Sequence record: DRR378314_1835 | Length of the DNA: 64,000 nucleotides | Strand: one strand, 5' to 3' | Shown: positions 19,466 through 30,185 of the stretch, piece after piece | Numbering within the stretch: the stretch's first letter is position 1 | Layout: each line of letters opens with the position of its first letter | Made by a program: the position numbers and the translations under genes | The notes under the pieces: generated by a model | The model's input: only the letters and a program-made list of their open reading frames with translations | Databases searched by the model: none | Told to the model about the DNA's origin: nothing

Positions 19466-21289
19466 TTAGGGGGTAGCTAGATAATTACGTATCGCAGTTA
19501 AAAATGGGCTGCCGTATTTATTAAGCTTAGTAAAACCAACTCCCGAGACTTTTAAAAATTCGCTGTCGTTGGTTGGCATAAGCTGAGCCATTTCTGCCAG
19601 CGTTTTATCATTAAAGACGACATAGGGAGGCACATCATCATCATCAGCAAGCTGTTTGCGTAAGGCACGCAACTTAGCAAATAACTTTTTGTCATAATTA
19701 AATTGCGCCAGTTTGTCTTGGTATACATGCTTTGCTTGTAGTCGCGGCTCGGCCATTTGTAGGGTGTATTCACTTTTTAATACAGCGCGCGCGCCTTCAG
19801 TTAAGCGTAACGTTGAACCTTGAGTTATGTCTTGGCTTAGTAAGCCTTGGTGAATCAGTTGGCGTAAAATACTAAGCCAGAATTCACTGCTGTGATCTTT
19901 ACCAATGCCATAGGTGCTTAATTGGTGGTGGTTATTGTCCCTAATGCGACTAGTGTTAGCGCCACGCAACAGTTCTACTATGTAACCTAAGCCAAAACGT
20001 TGCTCAGCACGATAAACGCATGAGAGTGCTTGCTGGGCTACTAACGTGCCGTCAAAGCTTTTTGGCGGATTTAAGCAAATATCACAGTTACCACAGGGTT
20101 CGCGCTGATATTCACTGAAATAGTTGAGTAGTATTTGTCTGCGACACGTTTGTGCTTCGGCAAAGCTTGCCATGGCATTAAAGCGTTGCTCTTCAACGCG
20201 ACGACGTTGCTCATCTTCAATATCTTCAAAAAAGCGCCTGACGCGGCCTATATCCGCCGGGTCAAAGTACATGATTGCTTCTGCTGCAAGCCCGTCACGT
20301 CCAGCTCTTCCAGTTTCTTGATAATATGCTTCGATACTTTTGGGTATGTCATAATGCAGTACAAAGCGCACATTGGGTTTGTTAATCCCCATGCCAAATG
20401 CCACAGTCGCAACTACAATTTGTATATCATCTCGGGCAAAACCTGTTTGCACGAATTGGCGTTGCTCGTTACTCATACCAGCATGATAGGCGGCAGCATT
20501 TAAACCAGCATCAGCAAGCTTTTCAGCAATATCATCAACGCGTTTACGGCTCGTGCAGTAGATAATGCCACTTTGATTTTGTTGTTCTTTTAAGTAGCGT
20601 AACAGTTGCGCCAGTGGTTTAAATTTTTCTTCAATGGTGTAGCGAATATTAGGCCTATCAAAACTGCCTGTGTGGATGTAAGGTGTTTGTAGCCCAAGCT
20701 GCTGTACAATATCGAATCGAGTTGCTTTGTCTGCTGTTGCAGTTAAGGCCATCATTGGTACATTTGCAAAGTGCTGTTTTAGTTCACTTAAGCGGCAATA
20801 GTGGGGTCTAAAGTCATGCCCCCAATGCGACACACAGTGTGCTTCATCAATAGCAAATAAACTTATATTTAAGTGGTTCAACCGCTCTAGGAACTCTCTT
20901 TGCAACACTTTCTCAGGGGCAACATACAGTAATTTTATTTGGCCACTATGTAATTGTTGATATATCTGTTGTTGCTCTTCACGATTAAGACTGTTGTTTA
21001 TATACGCAGCTTTTACTCCGAGTGCTTGTAATTGAGCTACTTGATCTTGCATAAGAGAGATTAAAGGTGAGATCACTACCGTGAGACCACTCAAAGCCAA
21101 CGCAGGTACTTGATAGCAGACTGACTTACCTCCGCCAGTTGGAAGCAGTACAAGCGAGTCCTTGCCATCAAGTGCAGCATTAATCACAGCTTCTTGGCCG
21201 TCTCGGAATTCGCTATAACCAAATACTTGCTTTAGTATGGCTGCGGGAGTGCGCACTACGGCGCTTGGAGTAGGGGCTAGTGTATTCAT
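19466..21289 (-). CDS. recQ: ATP-dependent DNA helicase RecQ
   Basis: PTGGGKS, DEAHC..WGHDFR, QETGRAGRDG, RQC and HRDC regions. Confidence 0.99.
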   Translation of the reverse strand: MNTLAPTPSAVVRTPAAILKQVFGYSEFRDGQEAVINAALDGKDSLVLLPTGGGKSVCYQVPALALSGLTVVISPLISLMQDQVAQLQALGVKAAYINNSLNREEQQQIYQQLHSGQIKLLYVAPEKVLQREFLERLNHLNISLFAIDEAHCVSHWGHDFRPHYCRLSELKQHFANVPMMALTATADKATRFDIVQQLGLQTPYIHTGSFDRPNIRYTIEEKFKPLAQLLRYLKEQQNQSGIIYCTSRKRVDDIAEKLADAGLNAAAYHAGMSNEQRQFVQTGFARDDIQIVVATVAFGMGINKPNVRFVLHYDIPKSIEAYYQETGRAGRDGLAAEAIMYFDPADIGRVRRFFEDIEDEQRRRVEEQRFNAMASFAEAQTCRRQILLNYFSEYQREPCGNCDICLNPPKSFDGTLVAQQALSCVYRAEQRFGLGYIVELLRGANTSRIRDNNHHQLSTYGIGKDHSSEFWLSILRQLIHQGLLSQDITQGSTLRLTEGARAVLKSEYTLQMAEPRLQAKHVYQDKLAQFNYDKKLFAKLRALRKQLADDDDVPPYVVFNDKTLAEMAQLMPTNDSEFLKVSGVGFTKLNKYGSPFLTAIRNYLATP

Positions 21290-21399
21290 CGCGGTTATTT
21301 TAGAGCTTTTAAGCGACCTTGCATAGGAGCTTTTTATCGCACTTTCCTTTTAGTTGTGCTTTACTCATCTTACCAGTTGAGGATAATGAAAAAATAATA

Positions 21400-21855
21400 A
21401 TGAATAAAACGATGCTGATTAACCAAGTTGCTAATATTTTTGTAGAGCAAATGCCCTTCAATCAATTCTTACAAATTAGCGTTAAGTCACTTGATGCCGA
21501 TCAAGCACAAATTACTTTTCCTTGGCAGGATGTATTTATTGGTAACCCTTCGCAAAAAATTCTGCACGGTGGTGTTATCTCAGCCGTGCTTGATAATGTT
21601 GGCGGCATGCTTGCCGCGGCCTCTATCATTGATAAGCTTGAAGAGATTGATATGCTCAGTATTCAAAAGAAGCTATCAACACTCGGGACTATTGATTTAA
21701 GAACCGATTACTTACGCCCAGGCAAAGGGGACGAATTTACTGCCAGTGCAAAGCTGATCCGTTCGGGAAATAAAGTGTGCGTTTGCCGAATGGAGTTACA
21801 CAATGAGTTAGGTGTGCAAATTGCCTTTGGCACAGGTACTTATTTAGTTGGATAA
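21400..21855 (+). CDS. PaaI-family thioesterase (YigI-like)
   Basis: GNP..KILHGGVI, GTIDLRTDYLRPG. Confidence 0.9.
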   Translation: MNKTMLINQVANIFVEQMPFNQFLQISVKSLDADQAQITFPWQDVFIGNPSQKILHGGVISAVLDNVGGMLAAASIIDKLEEIDMLSIQKKLSTLGTIDLRTDYLRPGKGDEFTASAKLIRSGNKVCVCRMELHNELGVQIAFGTGTYLVG

Positions 21856-21907
21856 AACACTGCTCGAAGAGTAAACTAGCCGCCTTTTCCATGTTTAGAA
21901 TAAATTT

Positions 21908-22840
21908 ATGCCAACTAATCCTGAACAACGTAAGGGCGTTATATTAGCCTGTATGGCCTTTTTTATGTGGGGTTTGGCTCCCATTTACTTCAAGTTATTA
22001 CAGCATATATCGGCATTTGAAATACTAATGCACCGCGTTGTATGGTCTGTATTGTTTATTGTCATCATTGTATCGGTGATGCAGCAATGGCGTAAAATAA
22101 AACATGTGATTGTACAACCTAAGCTGCTCCTCATGTTAGTGCTTACTGCGACCTTACTGGGTTTTAACTGGGGGTTATTTATATGGGCAGTGAATAATGA
22201 TCACATGCTTGATGCAAGCTTAGGCTACTATATTAACCCGTTGCTCAATGTATTGCTTGGCATGGTGTTTTTAGGTGAAAAATTACGAAAGTGGCAAGGT
22301 ATTGCTGTGGCGTTGGCGTTCAGTGGCGTAGTTATTCAGCTGGTAAGCTTTGGCTCCTTTCCTGTAGTGGCATTTTCACTTGCTGGCTCGTTTGCAATTT
22401 ACGGATTACTACGTAAAAAATTACCCATTGAGTCTTTACCAGGGTTGTTGTTGGAAGCGGTTATATTAGTGCCGATTGCATTGCTTTATTGGTGGTTGAT
22501 GGCGCCGTCTTCAAGTTCAAATCTCATGTTGAATGAATGGTATACTAACCTATTGTTGATCAGTGCAGGCGTTATTACTACTCTACCTTTATTGTGCTTC
22601 ACTGGTGCTGCAAAGCGCTTGCAGTACACGACGCTGGGCTTTTTTCAGTACATAGGGCCAAGTCTAATGTTTATTCTTGCTGTGATGTTCTATGGTGAAG
22701 TGTTTAGTAATGAACGCATGGTGACGTTTGCCTGTATTTGGAGTGCTTTAGCTATTTTTAGTTGGGATTCATATCGTCAATCACAAAAGCGCAAGCGTGC
22801 AGCGGTGCTTGCGCCTGTTAAGCCTGTTAAGCCTGTTTAG
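21908..22840 (+). CDS. rarD: EamA-family transporter RarD
   Basis: WGLAPIYFK, ASLGYYINPL, LGFFQYIGP. Confidence 0.95.
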   Translation: MPTNPEQRKGVILACMAFFMWGLAPIYFKLLQHISAFEILMHRVVWSVLFIVIIVSVMQQWRKIKHVIVQPKLLLMLVLTATLLGFNWGLFIWAVNNDHMLDASLGYYINPLLNVLLGMVFLGEKLRKWQGIAVALAFSGVVIQLVSFGSFPVVAFSLAGSFAIYGLLRKKLPIESLPGLLLEAVILVPIALLYWWLMAPSSSSNLMLNEWYTNLLLISAGVITTLPLLCFTGAAKRLQYTTLGFFQYIGPSLMFILAVMFYGEVFSNERMVTFACIWSALAIFSWDSYRQSQKRKRAAVLAPVKPVKPV

Positions 22841-24072
22841 GCGATAACTCTGTTACGCCCAGATTCTTTTGCCTTGTAGAGGTTAATATCGGCCTGTTTT
22901 AATAGTTCATCAATTTTGTAAACAGGCCCTTGGTTGTAACCTACCGAAATCGTAAACTTAATCTTTTCCGCGCTAAATTTAGGGCTGTTTAACTCAATGA
23001 ATTGTCTAAACTTCTCAAGTAGTTCGATTGCTTCTGACTTGGCAGTGTCGGCAAAGTAAACGGCAAATTCCTCCCCGCCTAAACGCGCGACGAGGTGTTT
23101 GCTAAAGTGTTTCGCAAAACAAACTGATAAACCTTTAAGTACCTCATCGCCAGCATCGTGACCATAGGTGTCGTTAATTGATTTAAAGTGGTCAATATCT
23201 ATCATGGCAAGTGAGGTTACTTCTTCTTGCTTTTTTAGGTGTTTTAACGACTTATTTGCTTCTTCAAAAAAGTAACGGCGATTAGGGAGCTTAGTTAAAT
23301 AGTCTGAGTTAGCTTGTAGACGAATGGTTGCTATGTTTTCCAGCATGTCGACGTTTTGGCTTAACCGACAATAAAACTCTTCATTGTTAAATGGTTTTCG
23401 TAAATAGTCATTCGCCCCGCTTTTTAAAAAACGCGCCGACAAGTGTTCAGCATCTGAACCAGAAATTCCAATGATAGCTTTTTCATCATTGCTATAAAGC
23501 CGACGAATTTCACTGCATAGTTCATCACCATTCATATTTGGCATTTCATTATCAGTAATAATCACATCAATATCGGGTGTTTGAGAAAGCACTTGTAATG
23601 CTTGCTCACCACTGTCTGCTTGCAGTACTTGGTATTTGTGCCGTTTAAGCAAACTCAATATATGGCGCCTTGTTGATGATGAATCATCAACGACCAATAC
23701 TTTTATATTTTCGTTTCTAGGTAAACGTAACAGTTGCTTTGAAAGGTACTGGTACGCTTGCTTATTTTCTTTAGTGATGTAATCAATGATTGGGTACTTT
23801 TCGACGGTATTTCGTGTGGCAGAATCTAAACTGCCAGTCATAACAATCGTGGGGATTTCTGCACCAACGGTACATGGCACAGCTTCACCATTTTGGGCAT
23901 CAGGTAAGATAAAATCTACTACAGCACAAAAGTAGTTGTTGTTTTCAATGTAGTCTTTTGCTTGTGCAAGTGAGCCAGCAATATCAACATCATAGCCTGC
24001 TTTAATTGCAATATGCTTTTGCACCATTGCAATCGTTGGCGTGTCTTCAATAATTAAAATTTTTCGTGTCAC
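22837..24072 (-). CDS. REC-REC-GGDEF diguanylate cyclase
   Basis: two receiver domains; DIDHFKSINDTYGHDAGD; RLGGEEF; GTG start. Confidence 0.93.
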   Translation of the reverse strand: MTRKILIIEDTPTIAMVQKHIAIKAGYDVDIAGSLAQAKDYIENNNYFCAVVDFILPDAQNGEAVPCTVGAEIPTIVMTGSLDSATRNTVEKYPIIDYITKENKQAYQYLSKQLLRLPRNENIKVLVVDDSSSTRRHILSLLKRHKYQVLQADSGEQALQVLSQTPDIDVIITDNEMPNMNGDELCSEIRRLYSNDEKAIIGISGSDAEHLSARFLKSGANDYLRKPFNNEEFYCRLSQNVDMLENIATIRLQANSDYLTKLPNRRYFFEEANKSLKHLKKQEEVTSLAMIDIDHFKSINDTYGHDAGDEVLKGLSVCFAKHFSKHLVARLGGEEFAVYFADTAKSEAIELLEKFRQFIELNSPKFSAEKIKFTISVGYNQGPVYKIDELLKQADINLYKAKESGRNRVIA

Positions 24073-24184
24073 GTATCACCTTGATACTAGTTTCTTGAGC
24101 AATTATTGCTGCTAGTACAAGTTTTAACTGTTAAAACACAAAAAAGCAAATGCCATTACATTATTATTTGTAATTAGACGGGGT

Positions 24185-24559
24185 TTATACCCCGTCAGAA
24201 TCGAAATGGTATGTTGAGCTTTGTGGCAATACAGCGGCTATTTTTGAACGACCAAACAAGGTATGAAACTTGGTTTTACAGGTTGTTAATTTTAAGTATT
24301 TTAGCCATGCTCTTTCAATGGAATTGCTAACAGCAGACTCGCCATTGATGACCTTTAAAAATTGTTCTTGAATTTCATTTTGCGGTGCAAGAGATTTGTT
24401 GTATAACCCATTAAGAATAATTCCATGTTGCTCTAGGATGCTTGCTTCAAGTAATGTGAAATTACCACTGCGACTAAATCCGCGAGGGAAGTTTTTGTCA
24501 TCAAAGAACTGACGTTGACTTACAAATGCTTGGCGAAGTACTGAAATATCATTGCTCAT
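24185..24559 (-). CDS. maoP: DUF413 macrodomain Ori protein
   Basis: FFDDKNFPRGFSRSGNFT; divergent from hdfR. Confidence 0.88.
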   Translation of the reverse strand: MSNDISVLRQAFVSQRQFFDDKNFPRGFSRSGNFTLLEASILEQHGIILNGLYNKSLAPQNEIQEQFLKVINGESAVSNSIERAWLKYLKLTTCKTKFHTLFGRSKIAAVLPQSSTYHFDSDGV

Positions 24560-24650
24560 GGCTGTTTCCTCATGCCCTAATTTCATGCTGGAGTATGGAA
24601 CAAGTTGAGTGATTTTTTAAGCGAGAAATTTTTATCGTGAGGATAAATAA

Positions 24651-25511
24651 TTGGATATCGATTTATTAAAAACGTTTGTAGAAGTTGTACGGACAAGGCA
24701 TTTTGGCAAAGCTGCCGAAAATTTATATATAACACAGTCAGCAGTCAGTTTTCGAATACGTCAGCTTGAGCAAGGGTTGGGTGTAAATTTATTTATTCGT
24801 CAGCGCAATAATATTCAGCTAACGGCCCCAGGTGAGCGATTATTACCCCATGCGCAAATGATTATTACTGGTATGCAGCGCGCGAAAGTGGACGTTGCAT
24901 TAGCTGATAATATGCATAAACAAGTAAGCTTAGCTGGAACTCCTAATATTTGGGATGCTTTTTTACAGTTTGGTATTACCAATATAGTTTCAGCTATGCC
25001 CGGTGTTTCACTTGTTGCTGAAGTAAAAGCGCAACAAGAAAGTACGCGGCTATTACTTGAACGGACACTGGATTTAGCTATTTTGTTTGATCCGCCAAAA
25101 GTAGATGAGCTGGTGGTGGAGCGTATTTGCGAGCTTCCTATTATTCCGGTTAGTGCTTATGAATCGGCTGTTAATGAAAACTTCTTTGACAACAAATATG
25201 TTTATGTTGACTGGGGAACTACATTTTCACTGTGGCATGCTCGCCAGTTTAATGGCCGTACACCACCTTTCTTTAGAACAAGCACAGGAAGAATAGCGTT
25301 AGATTTAATTTTGCAATGTGGCGGAAGTGCGTTTATACCTGATGTATTGGTAAAAAACTACATCGAAGCGGGTGAATTATTTGAAGTGCCTGATGTTGAA
25401 CATACTTCAAGGGATATTTTTGTTGCTTACCATAAAGATAATGAACAAAAACAATTACTTGAAAAGCTAGTAAATTTGCTAATTGAGTTAGGGCCAAAGC
25501 TAGGTCAGTAG
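24651..25511 (+). CDS. hdfR: LysR-family regulator HdfR
   Basis: LLKTFVEVVRTRHFGKAAE.LYITQSAVSFRIRQLE; TTG start; synteny with maoP. Confidence 0.88.
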   Translation: MDIDLLKTFVEVVRTRHFGKAAENLYITQSAVSFRIRQLEQGLGVNLFIRQRNNIQLTAPGERLLPHAQMIITGMQRAKVDVALADNMHKQVSLAGTPNIWDAFLQFGITNIVSAMPGVSLVAEVKAQQESTRLLLERTLDLAILFDPPKVDELVVERICELPIIPVSAYESAVNENFFDNKYVYVDWGTTFSLWHARQFNGRTPPFFRTSTGRIALDLILQCGGSAFIPDVLVKNYIEAGELFEVPDVEHTSRDIFVAYHKDNEQKQLLEKLVNLLIELGPKLGQ

Positions 25512-25667
25512 CTTAACGAGTAACTATGACAGTTACATGTCGCTAATTGTTCTTTTTTATTAAACAAATGAGGCAGAAATATTTCCGCTGTAATAATTCT
25601 GTCATTAAATGCGGGCAAACTGCAGCTGTTTTGAAAATTAGTTTGTTGCGATTATGAGGTTGTTAAT

Positions 25668-26597
25668 ATGAAATTTGTAAATTCTAGTCTGTTGCTAACA
25701 GTATTGGGTGCTTTATCTTTTTCTGCATCAGCAGATGTCGACGTTTATGGTAAAGCGAACGTTACTGTACAATCATCAGATGATGGTGAAGGTTCATTTA
25801 CTGAAATTAAAAGTAATAGCTCTCGTTTTGGCCTTAAAGGATCTGAAAGCTTAACAGACGGCCTTGAAGCTGTTTATAAATTTGAGTTTGGTGTAGATGT
25901 ATCTGATGCCGATTCAAAAGGTGATAAAGATAACATTACTTCTCGCAACCAGTATGTGGGTATCAAAGGTGGTTTTGGTCAAGTGGTTATTGGCCGAAAT
26001 GACACTGCCACGAAGCAGTCTCAGGGCAAAATCGATTTATTTAACGACCTAGAAGCTGACCTTAAAAATTTATTTAAAGGCGAAAACCGTGTTGGCGATA
26101 GCATCTCTTACGCGTCAAATGACCTCAATGGGTTTAAAGTGCTTGCCTCTTATATCGCAGAAGATTCTACTGATGGTGATAATGGTTACTCAGTAGCCTT
26201 AACCTACGGCGATGTAGGCCTTAAGAAAAGCGATGTTTATGCATCAGTTGCCGCAGACAGCGAAGTGAAAGGCTACGATGTTGTTCGTGCTACTGTTCAA
26301 GGTAAGTTGGGCGACTTTAAATTAGGTGCGATGTACCAAACACAAGAAAAGGTTGATGGCAGCAGTGAAGCTGATGGCTACTTGGTAAATGCAGCATACA
26401 AGCTAAACAGTAATACTTTCAAAGTACAGTATCAAGTTATCGACTTTGATCAAGGTGATACTAAAACAGCTATTTCAGCAGGTGTTGACCATAAACTAAC
26501 TAAAAATACCAAAGTATTCGGTTTCTACTCTAACTTCGATATGGATAGTTTAGTAGACCAAGATTACATGGGTGTTGGTATTGAATACAAATTCTAA
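25668..26597 (+). CDS. Gram-negative porin
   Basis: signal peptide, VYGKAN, SRFGLKGSE.L, terminal EYKF. Confidence 0.93.
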   Translation: MKFVNSSLLLTVLGALSFSASADVDVYGKANVTVQSSDDGEGSFTEIKSNSSRFGLKGSESLTDGLEAVYKFEFGVDVSDADSKGDKDNITSRNQYVGIKGGFGQVVIGRNDTATKQSQGKIDLFNDLEADLKNLFKGENRVGDSISYASNDLNGFKVLASYIAEDSTDGDNGYSVALTYGDVGLKKSDVYASVAADSEVKGYDVVRATVQGKLGDFKLGAMYQTQEKVDGSSEADGYLVNAAYKLNSNTFKVQYQVIDFDQGDTKTAISAGVDHKLTKNTKVFGFYSNFDMDSLVDQDYMGVGIEYKF

Positions 26598-26625
26598 ACT
26601 ATCGTGATCTTAACTAGTTGATAAT

Positions 26626-26653
26626 AAACCCAGCAGAGATGCTGGGTTTTTTT
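26626..26653 (+). terminator. intrinsic terminator
   Basis: AAACCCAGCA-GAGA-TGCTGGGTTTTTTT. Confidence 0.9.
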
Positions 26654-26669
26654 GTATTTGAAAGTGCCA

Positions 26670-28751
26670 TTAAGCTAGTGCGTAATCTGATTTTCCTGCC
26701 AACCAGCGGTAAATTAATTTATCCACTAGGTTAGGGTGTGCTCTAAGCAATTCTGAGGCGATCGGTCTTACTTGGTTTAAGATATGCTTATCACGGCTTA
26801 AATCTGCAATTTTAAACTCAGCTAACCCTGTTTGCTTGGTACCGAGCACTTCACCAGGGCCCCTTATCTCTAGATCGCGTTCAGCAATAACAAAACCGTC
26901 GTTACTATCACGTAGCACGGCTAACCGTTTTTGCGCGGTTGCCGAAAGTGGAGCATGGTATAGCAGTACACAGTGGGAAGCGATGGCTCCACGGCCAACA
27001 CGGCCACGTAATTGATGTAGCTGTGCAAGCCCCAAGCGCTCTGGGTTTTCAATGATTATTAGGCTGGCATTGGGTACATCTACACCAACCTCTATCACAG
27101 TTGTTGCAACTAACACATGGATATTACCAGCTTTAAAGTCGCTCATGATGGCTTGTTTTTCAGCTGGCTTCATTCTGCCATGAACCAGGCCCACAGTGAG
27201 CTCAGGCAGTGCTTGGGTAAGCTGTAAGGCTGAGTCCTCAGCCGCTTGACATTGAAGTACCTCAGATTCATCTATTAAGGTGCATACCCAGTAGACTTGT
27301 CGTCCCTGTTCTGTGCAGGCAGTTTTTACCCTTTCAATAACTTCTTCACGTCTTAAATCAGGCAAAGCAACAGTCGTAATAGGGGTTCTGCCGGGGGGAA
27401 GTTCATCAATAATTGACGTTTCTAAATCAGCGTAGGCCGTCATGGCTAAAGTTCTAGGTATTGGGGTGGCTGTCATGACCAACTGGTGTGGGTAGCAATC
27501 ACCAAAGCGACCTTTTTCCCTTAGTGATAATCGTTGGTGAACACCAAAGCGGTGCTGCTCATCAATGATAATAAGTACTAGGTTATTAAAAACGACTTGT
27601 TCTTGAAACAAAGCGTGAGTACCTACAATCATCTGAGCTTCACCTGAGGCTATTTGCTCAAGTGTAGTGGTACGTTCTTTACCTTTGGTTTTTCCACCGA
27701 GCCATGCGGTTTTTATTCCCAGAGCACAAAACCACTGTGAAAATGTGATGCCATGTTGCTCAGACAGTATTTCTGTTGGTGCCATTAAAGCGACTTGGTA
27801 GCCCTGTGCTATTGCTGTTAAAGCACTTAGTGCGGCAACTAAGGTTTTTCCTGAGCCAACATCACCCTGTACTAAACGCATCATTGGATAAGGGTGCTGT
27901 AAATCATGCTTAATTTCGTCTACCACTCGGCTTTGAGCATTAGTGGGTGTAAACGGTAGCTTTGATAAGAACTCTTGCTCCAGCGCGTTCGAGGGGGTTA
28001 ATTCGACTGCTTTAACTTGCTGACCTTGCTGGCGTAATTTTAATAAACTTAAGTTTTGTGCAACCAATTCTTCAAAAATAAGTCTTTGTTGCGCAGGGTG
28101 TGAGCCAAGCTCTAACGCGGCGACATCGACATCATTGCTAGGTCGGTGAAGTATATGCAAGGCTTGGGTTAGCCCCATACCACCATGTTGAAATTGTGTG
28201 GGCAATAACTCTTCAACCTGATATTTATCTAATAGCGCAATGGCTTGATCGCTTAAAGCACGAATAGAAAGCTGTTTTAAGCCTTCGGTGGTTGAATACA
28301 CGGGTGTTAATGTTGTTGCTGTCGGTTGTTCAGAGGGGGTGTCACTAATACTGTACTCTGGATGAGTCATTTCAAAGCCAACACGACCGCGGCGCACTTC
28401 ACCAAAACATCGAATGACTTTTCCTGCATCCATGGCATTTTTTTGTGCCGCGCTAAAGTTAAAAAACCTAAGTGTAAGCCTGCCTGTCCCATCGTTGACC
28501 TGGCACACGAGCATACGACGTTTGCCAAATGTGATTTGGCTAGTCTCTATTGTGGCCTCGATACTCACATGGCTGTGGGCTTGCAATTCATTTATCGCAT
28601 ATATTCGCGTGCGGTCTTCATAGCGAAGAGGCAAGTGAAAGAGCATATCTTGTACAGTGGAAATGCCTAACTTTTTTAGGCGTTCAGCCATTTTTGGCCC
28701 AACACCTTTTAGTTCGGTTATCGGAAATCGACTTAAATCGGGCTTTGACAA
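26670..28751 (-). CDS. recG: ATP-dependent DNA helicase RecG
   Basis: QGDVGSGKT, DEQHRFG, TATPIPRT, LHQLRGRVGRG. Confidence 0.99.
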   Translation of the reverse strand: MSKPDLSRFPITELKGVGPKMAERLKKLGISTVQDMLFHLPLRYEDRTRIYAINELQAHSHVSIEATIETSQITFGKRRMLVCQVNDGTGRLTLRFFNFSAAQKNAMDAGKVIRCFGEVRRGRVGFEMTHPEYSISDTPSEQPTATTLTPVYSTTEGLKQLSIRALSDQAIALLDKYQVEELLPTQFQHGGMGLTQALHILHRPSNDVDVAALELGSHPAQQRLIFEELVAQNLSLLKLRQQGQQVKAVELTPSNALEQEFLSKLPFTPTNAQSRVVDEIKHDLQHPYPMMRLVQGDVGSGKTLVAALSALTAIAQGYQVALMAPTEILSEQHGITFSQWFCALGIKTAWLGGKTKGKERTTTLEQIASGEAQMIVGTHALFQEQVVFNNLVLIIIDEQHRFGVHQRLSLREKGRFGDCYPHQLVMTATPIPRTLAMTAYADLETSIIDELPPGRTPITTVALPDLRREEVIERVKTACTEQGRQVYWVCTLIDESEVLQCQAAEDSALQLTQALPELTVGLVHGRMKPAEKQAIMSDFKAGNIHVLVATTVIEVGVDVPNASLIIIENPERLGLAQLHQLRGRVGRGAIASHCVLLYHAPLSATAQKRLAVLRDSNDGFVIAERDLEIRGPGEVLGTKQTGLAEFKIADLSRDKHILNQVRPIASELLRAHPNLVDKLIYRWLAGKSDYALA

Positions 28752-28812
28752 AATAGGCTCAACACTTTAATTTTTAGATTGTTTTTGAGTTTACGTGCGA
28801 ATAAGCAAGGCA

Positions 28813-29502
28813 TCAAGTGTGTTTTAATGTGTGCCAAAAAATCTCATCAGCCACAATTTCTCCATTTTCATCAAGTGCAGGGTATGGCAGTGCTTTTTCT
28901 TTACATTTTTGCGCAATGATGGGGTGGCAACCTTCAAATAGCATGGTGTGTTTTATGCGTTCATCTAGCATATTTCGATCATATAGCCCTGCTTTTAAAC
29001 GCTGATGCTGAGCTTCGAATAAAATTAACGCTGCTGCAACCGATACATTCAGTGATTGCGCCATTCCCTGCATTGGAATAATGATATTTTTATCTGCATG
29101 AGCCAGCGCTTTAGGTGAGATCCCTGTTTTTTCTTGCCCCACGATAATAGCTGTTGGTTTTGTATAATCAATATCGCGGTAATCTACGGCATTTGGAGAG
29201 AGGTTTGTGGCAAGGATTTGGACATCAGGATTATGCTTATGCATTGTTGCTACCGCACTATCAATATCTTTATGAAGATGCGTTTCAATCCAGTTTTTAC
29301 TGCCGCCAGAAGTGTTGTTGGTAAGCCATTTTTGATTTTCAGGCCATACGGCATGAACATGATGGCAGCCAACGGCGTCAGCGCTACGTACAATCGCTGA
29401 TAAATTATGATGCTTGTGCACATCCTCTAAACACACGGTTAAATCTGTTTGGCGACGGTCCAGTACATTTTTAACTCTGTGAAAGCGTGTGTTTTCCATC
29501 AT
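28813..29502 (-). CDS. trmH: tRNA (Gm18) 2'-O-methyltransferase
   Basis: RQTDLTVCLEDVHKHHN, GQEKTG, SLNVSVA. Confidence 0.95.
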   Translation of the reverse strand: MMENTRFHRVKNVLDRRQTDLTVCLEDVHKHHNLSAIVRSADAVGCHHVHAVWPENQKWLTNNTSGGSKNWIETHLHKDIDSAVATMHKHNPDVQILATNLSPNAVDYRDIDYTKPTAIIVGQEKTGISPKALAHADKNIIIPMQGMAQSLNVSVAAALILFEAQHQRLKAGLYDRNMLDERIKHTMLFEGCHPIIAQKCKEKALPYPALDENGEIVADEIFWHTLKHT

Positions 29503-29553
29503 TTACCTTTTCTATAATCTTTAAAGTAGCGTGATTATACGCCAATTAGGTCT

Positions 29554-30012
29554 TCAAGGCATTACGCTGCGGCTAATCGGGTTTTGTAGTGATATAAGGG
29601 TTTCCGTTGATTGAATTGCTTCAATTGCTTGAATCTTATTAATCAGTACATCTTGTAAGTGTTCAATTGAGCGGGTCATTACTTTAATAAAAATACTGTA
29701 GTTACCTGTGGTGTAATAGGCCTCGACTACCTCTTCAAGCTCTTTTAACAGCAGCAAGGTTTGCGGGTAATCGCGGGCATTATTTAGGTTAATACCAATA
29801 AAGCAGCAAACGTCATAACCCAGTTGTTTGGCATCAATGGTTACTTGTGTGCCGGTGATAATACCTGCTTGCTTCATTTTCTCTACACGCACGTGAATAG
29901 TGCCAGCACTGACTGCAAAGCGTTTGGCTAATTCGGCATAAGCTGTGCGTGCATTATCCATTAACGCGTGAAGTATCTTTTTATCGAGATTATCGATTTG
30001 ATAATTTTCCAT
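29554..30012 (-). CDS. asnC: Lrp-family regulator AsnC
   Basis: MENYQIDNLD...ARTAYAELAK..VSAGTIHVRVEKMKQAG. Confidence 0.97.
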   Translation of the reverse strand: MENYQIDNLDKKILHALMDNARTAYAELAKRFAVSAGTIHVRVEKMKQAGIITGTQVTIDAKQLGYDVCCFIGINLNNARDYPQTLLLLKELEEVVEAYYTTGNYSIFIKVMTRSIEHLQDVLINKIQAIEAIQSTETLISLQNPISRSVMP

Positions 30013-30185
30013 ATAAATAACCACTAATAATTATTGAATGTTCGGTTTTTATAGCATTATTTTATTGGTATTTATATATTAAAGCTATTTTCATTGTGGG
30101 TTATTGAATTTAATTGCTAAATGATTGACGATTGGTTTATTGAGTTTTGCCAAAGGGCAAAATAATTACATAACAATAACTGGGA

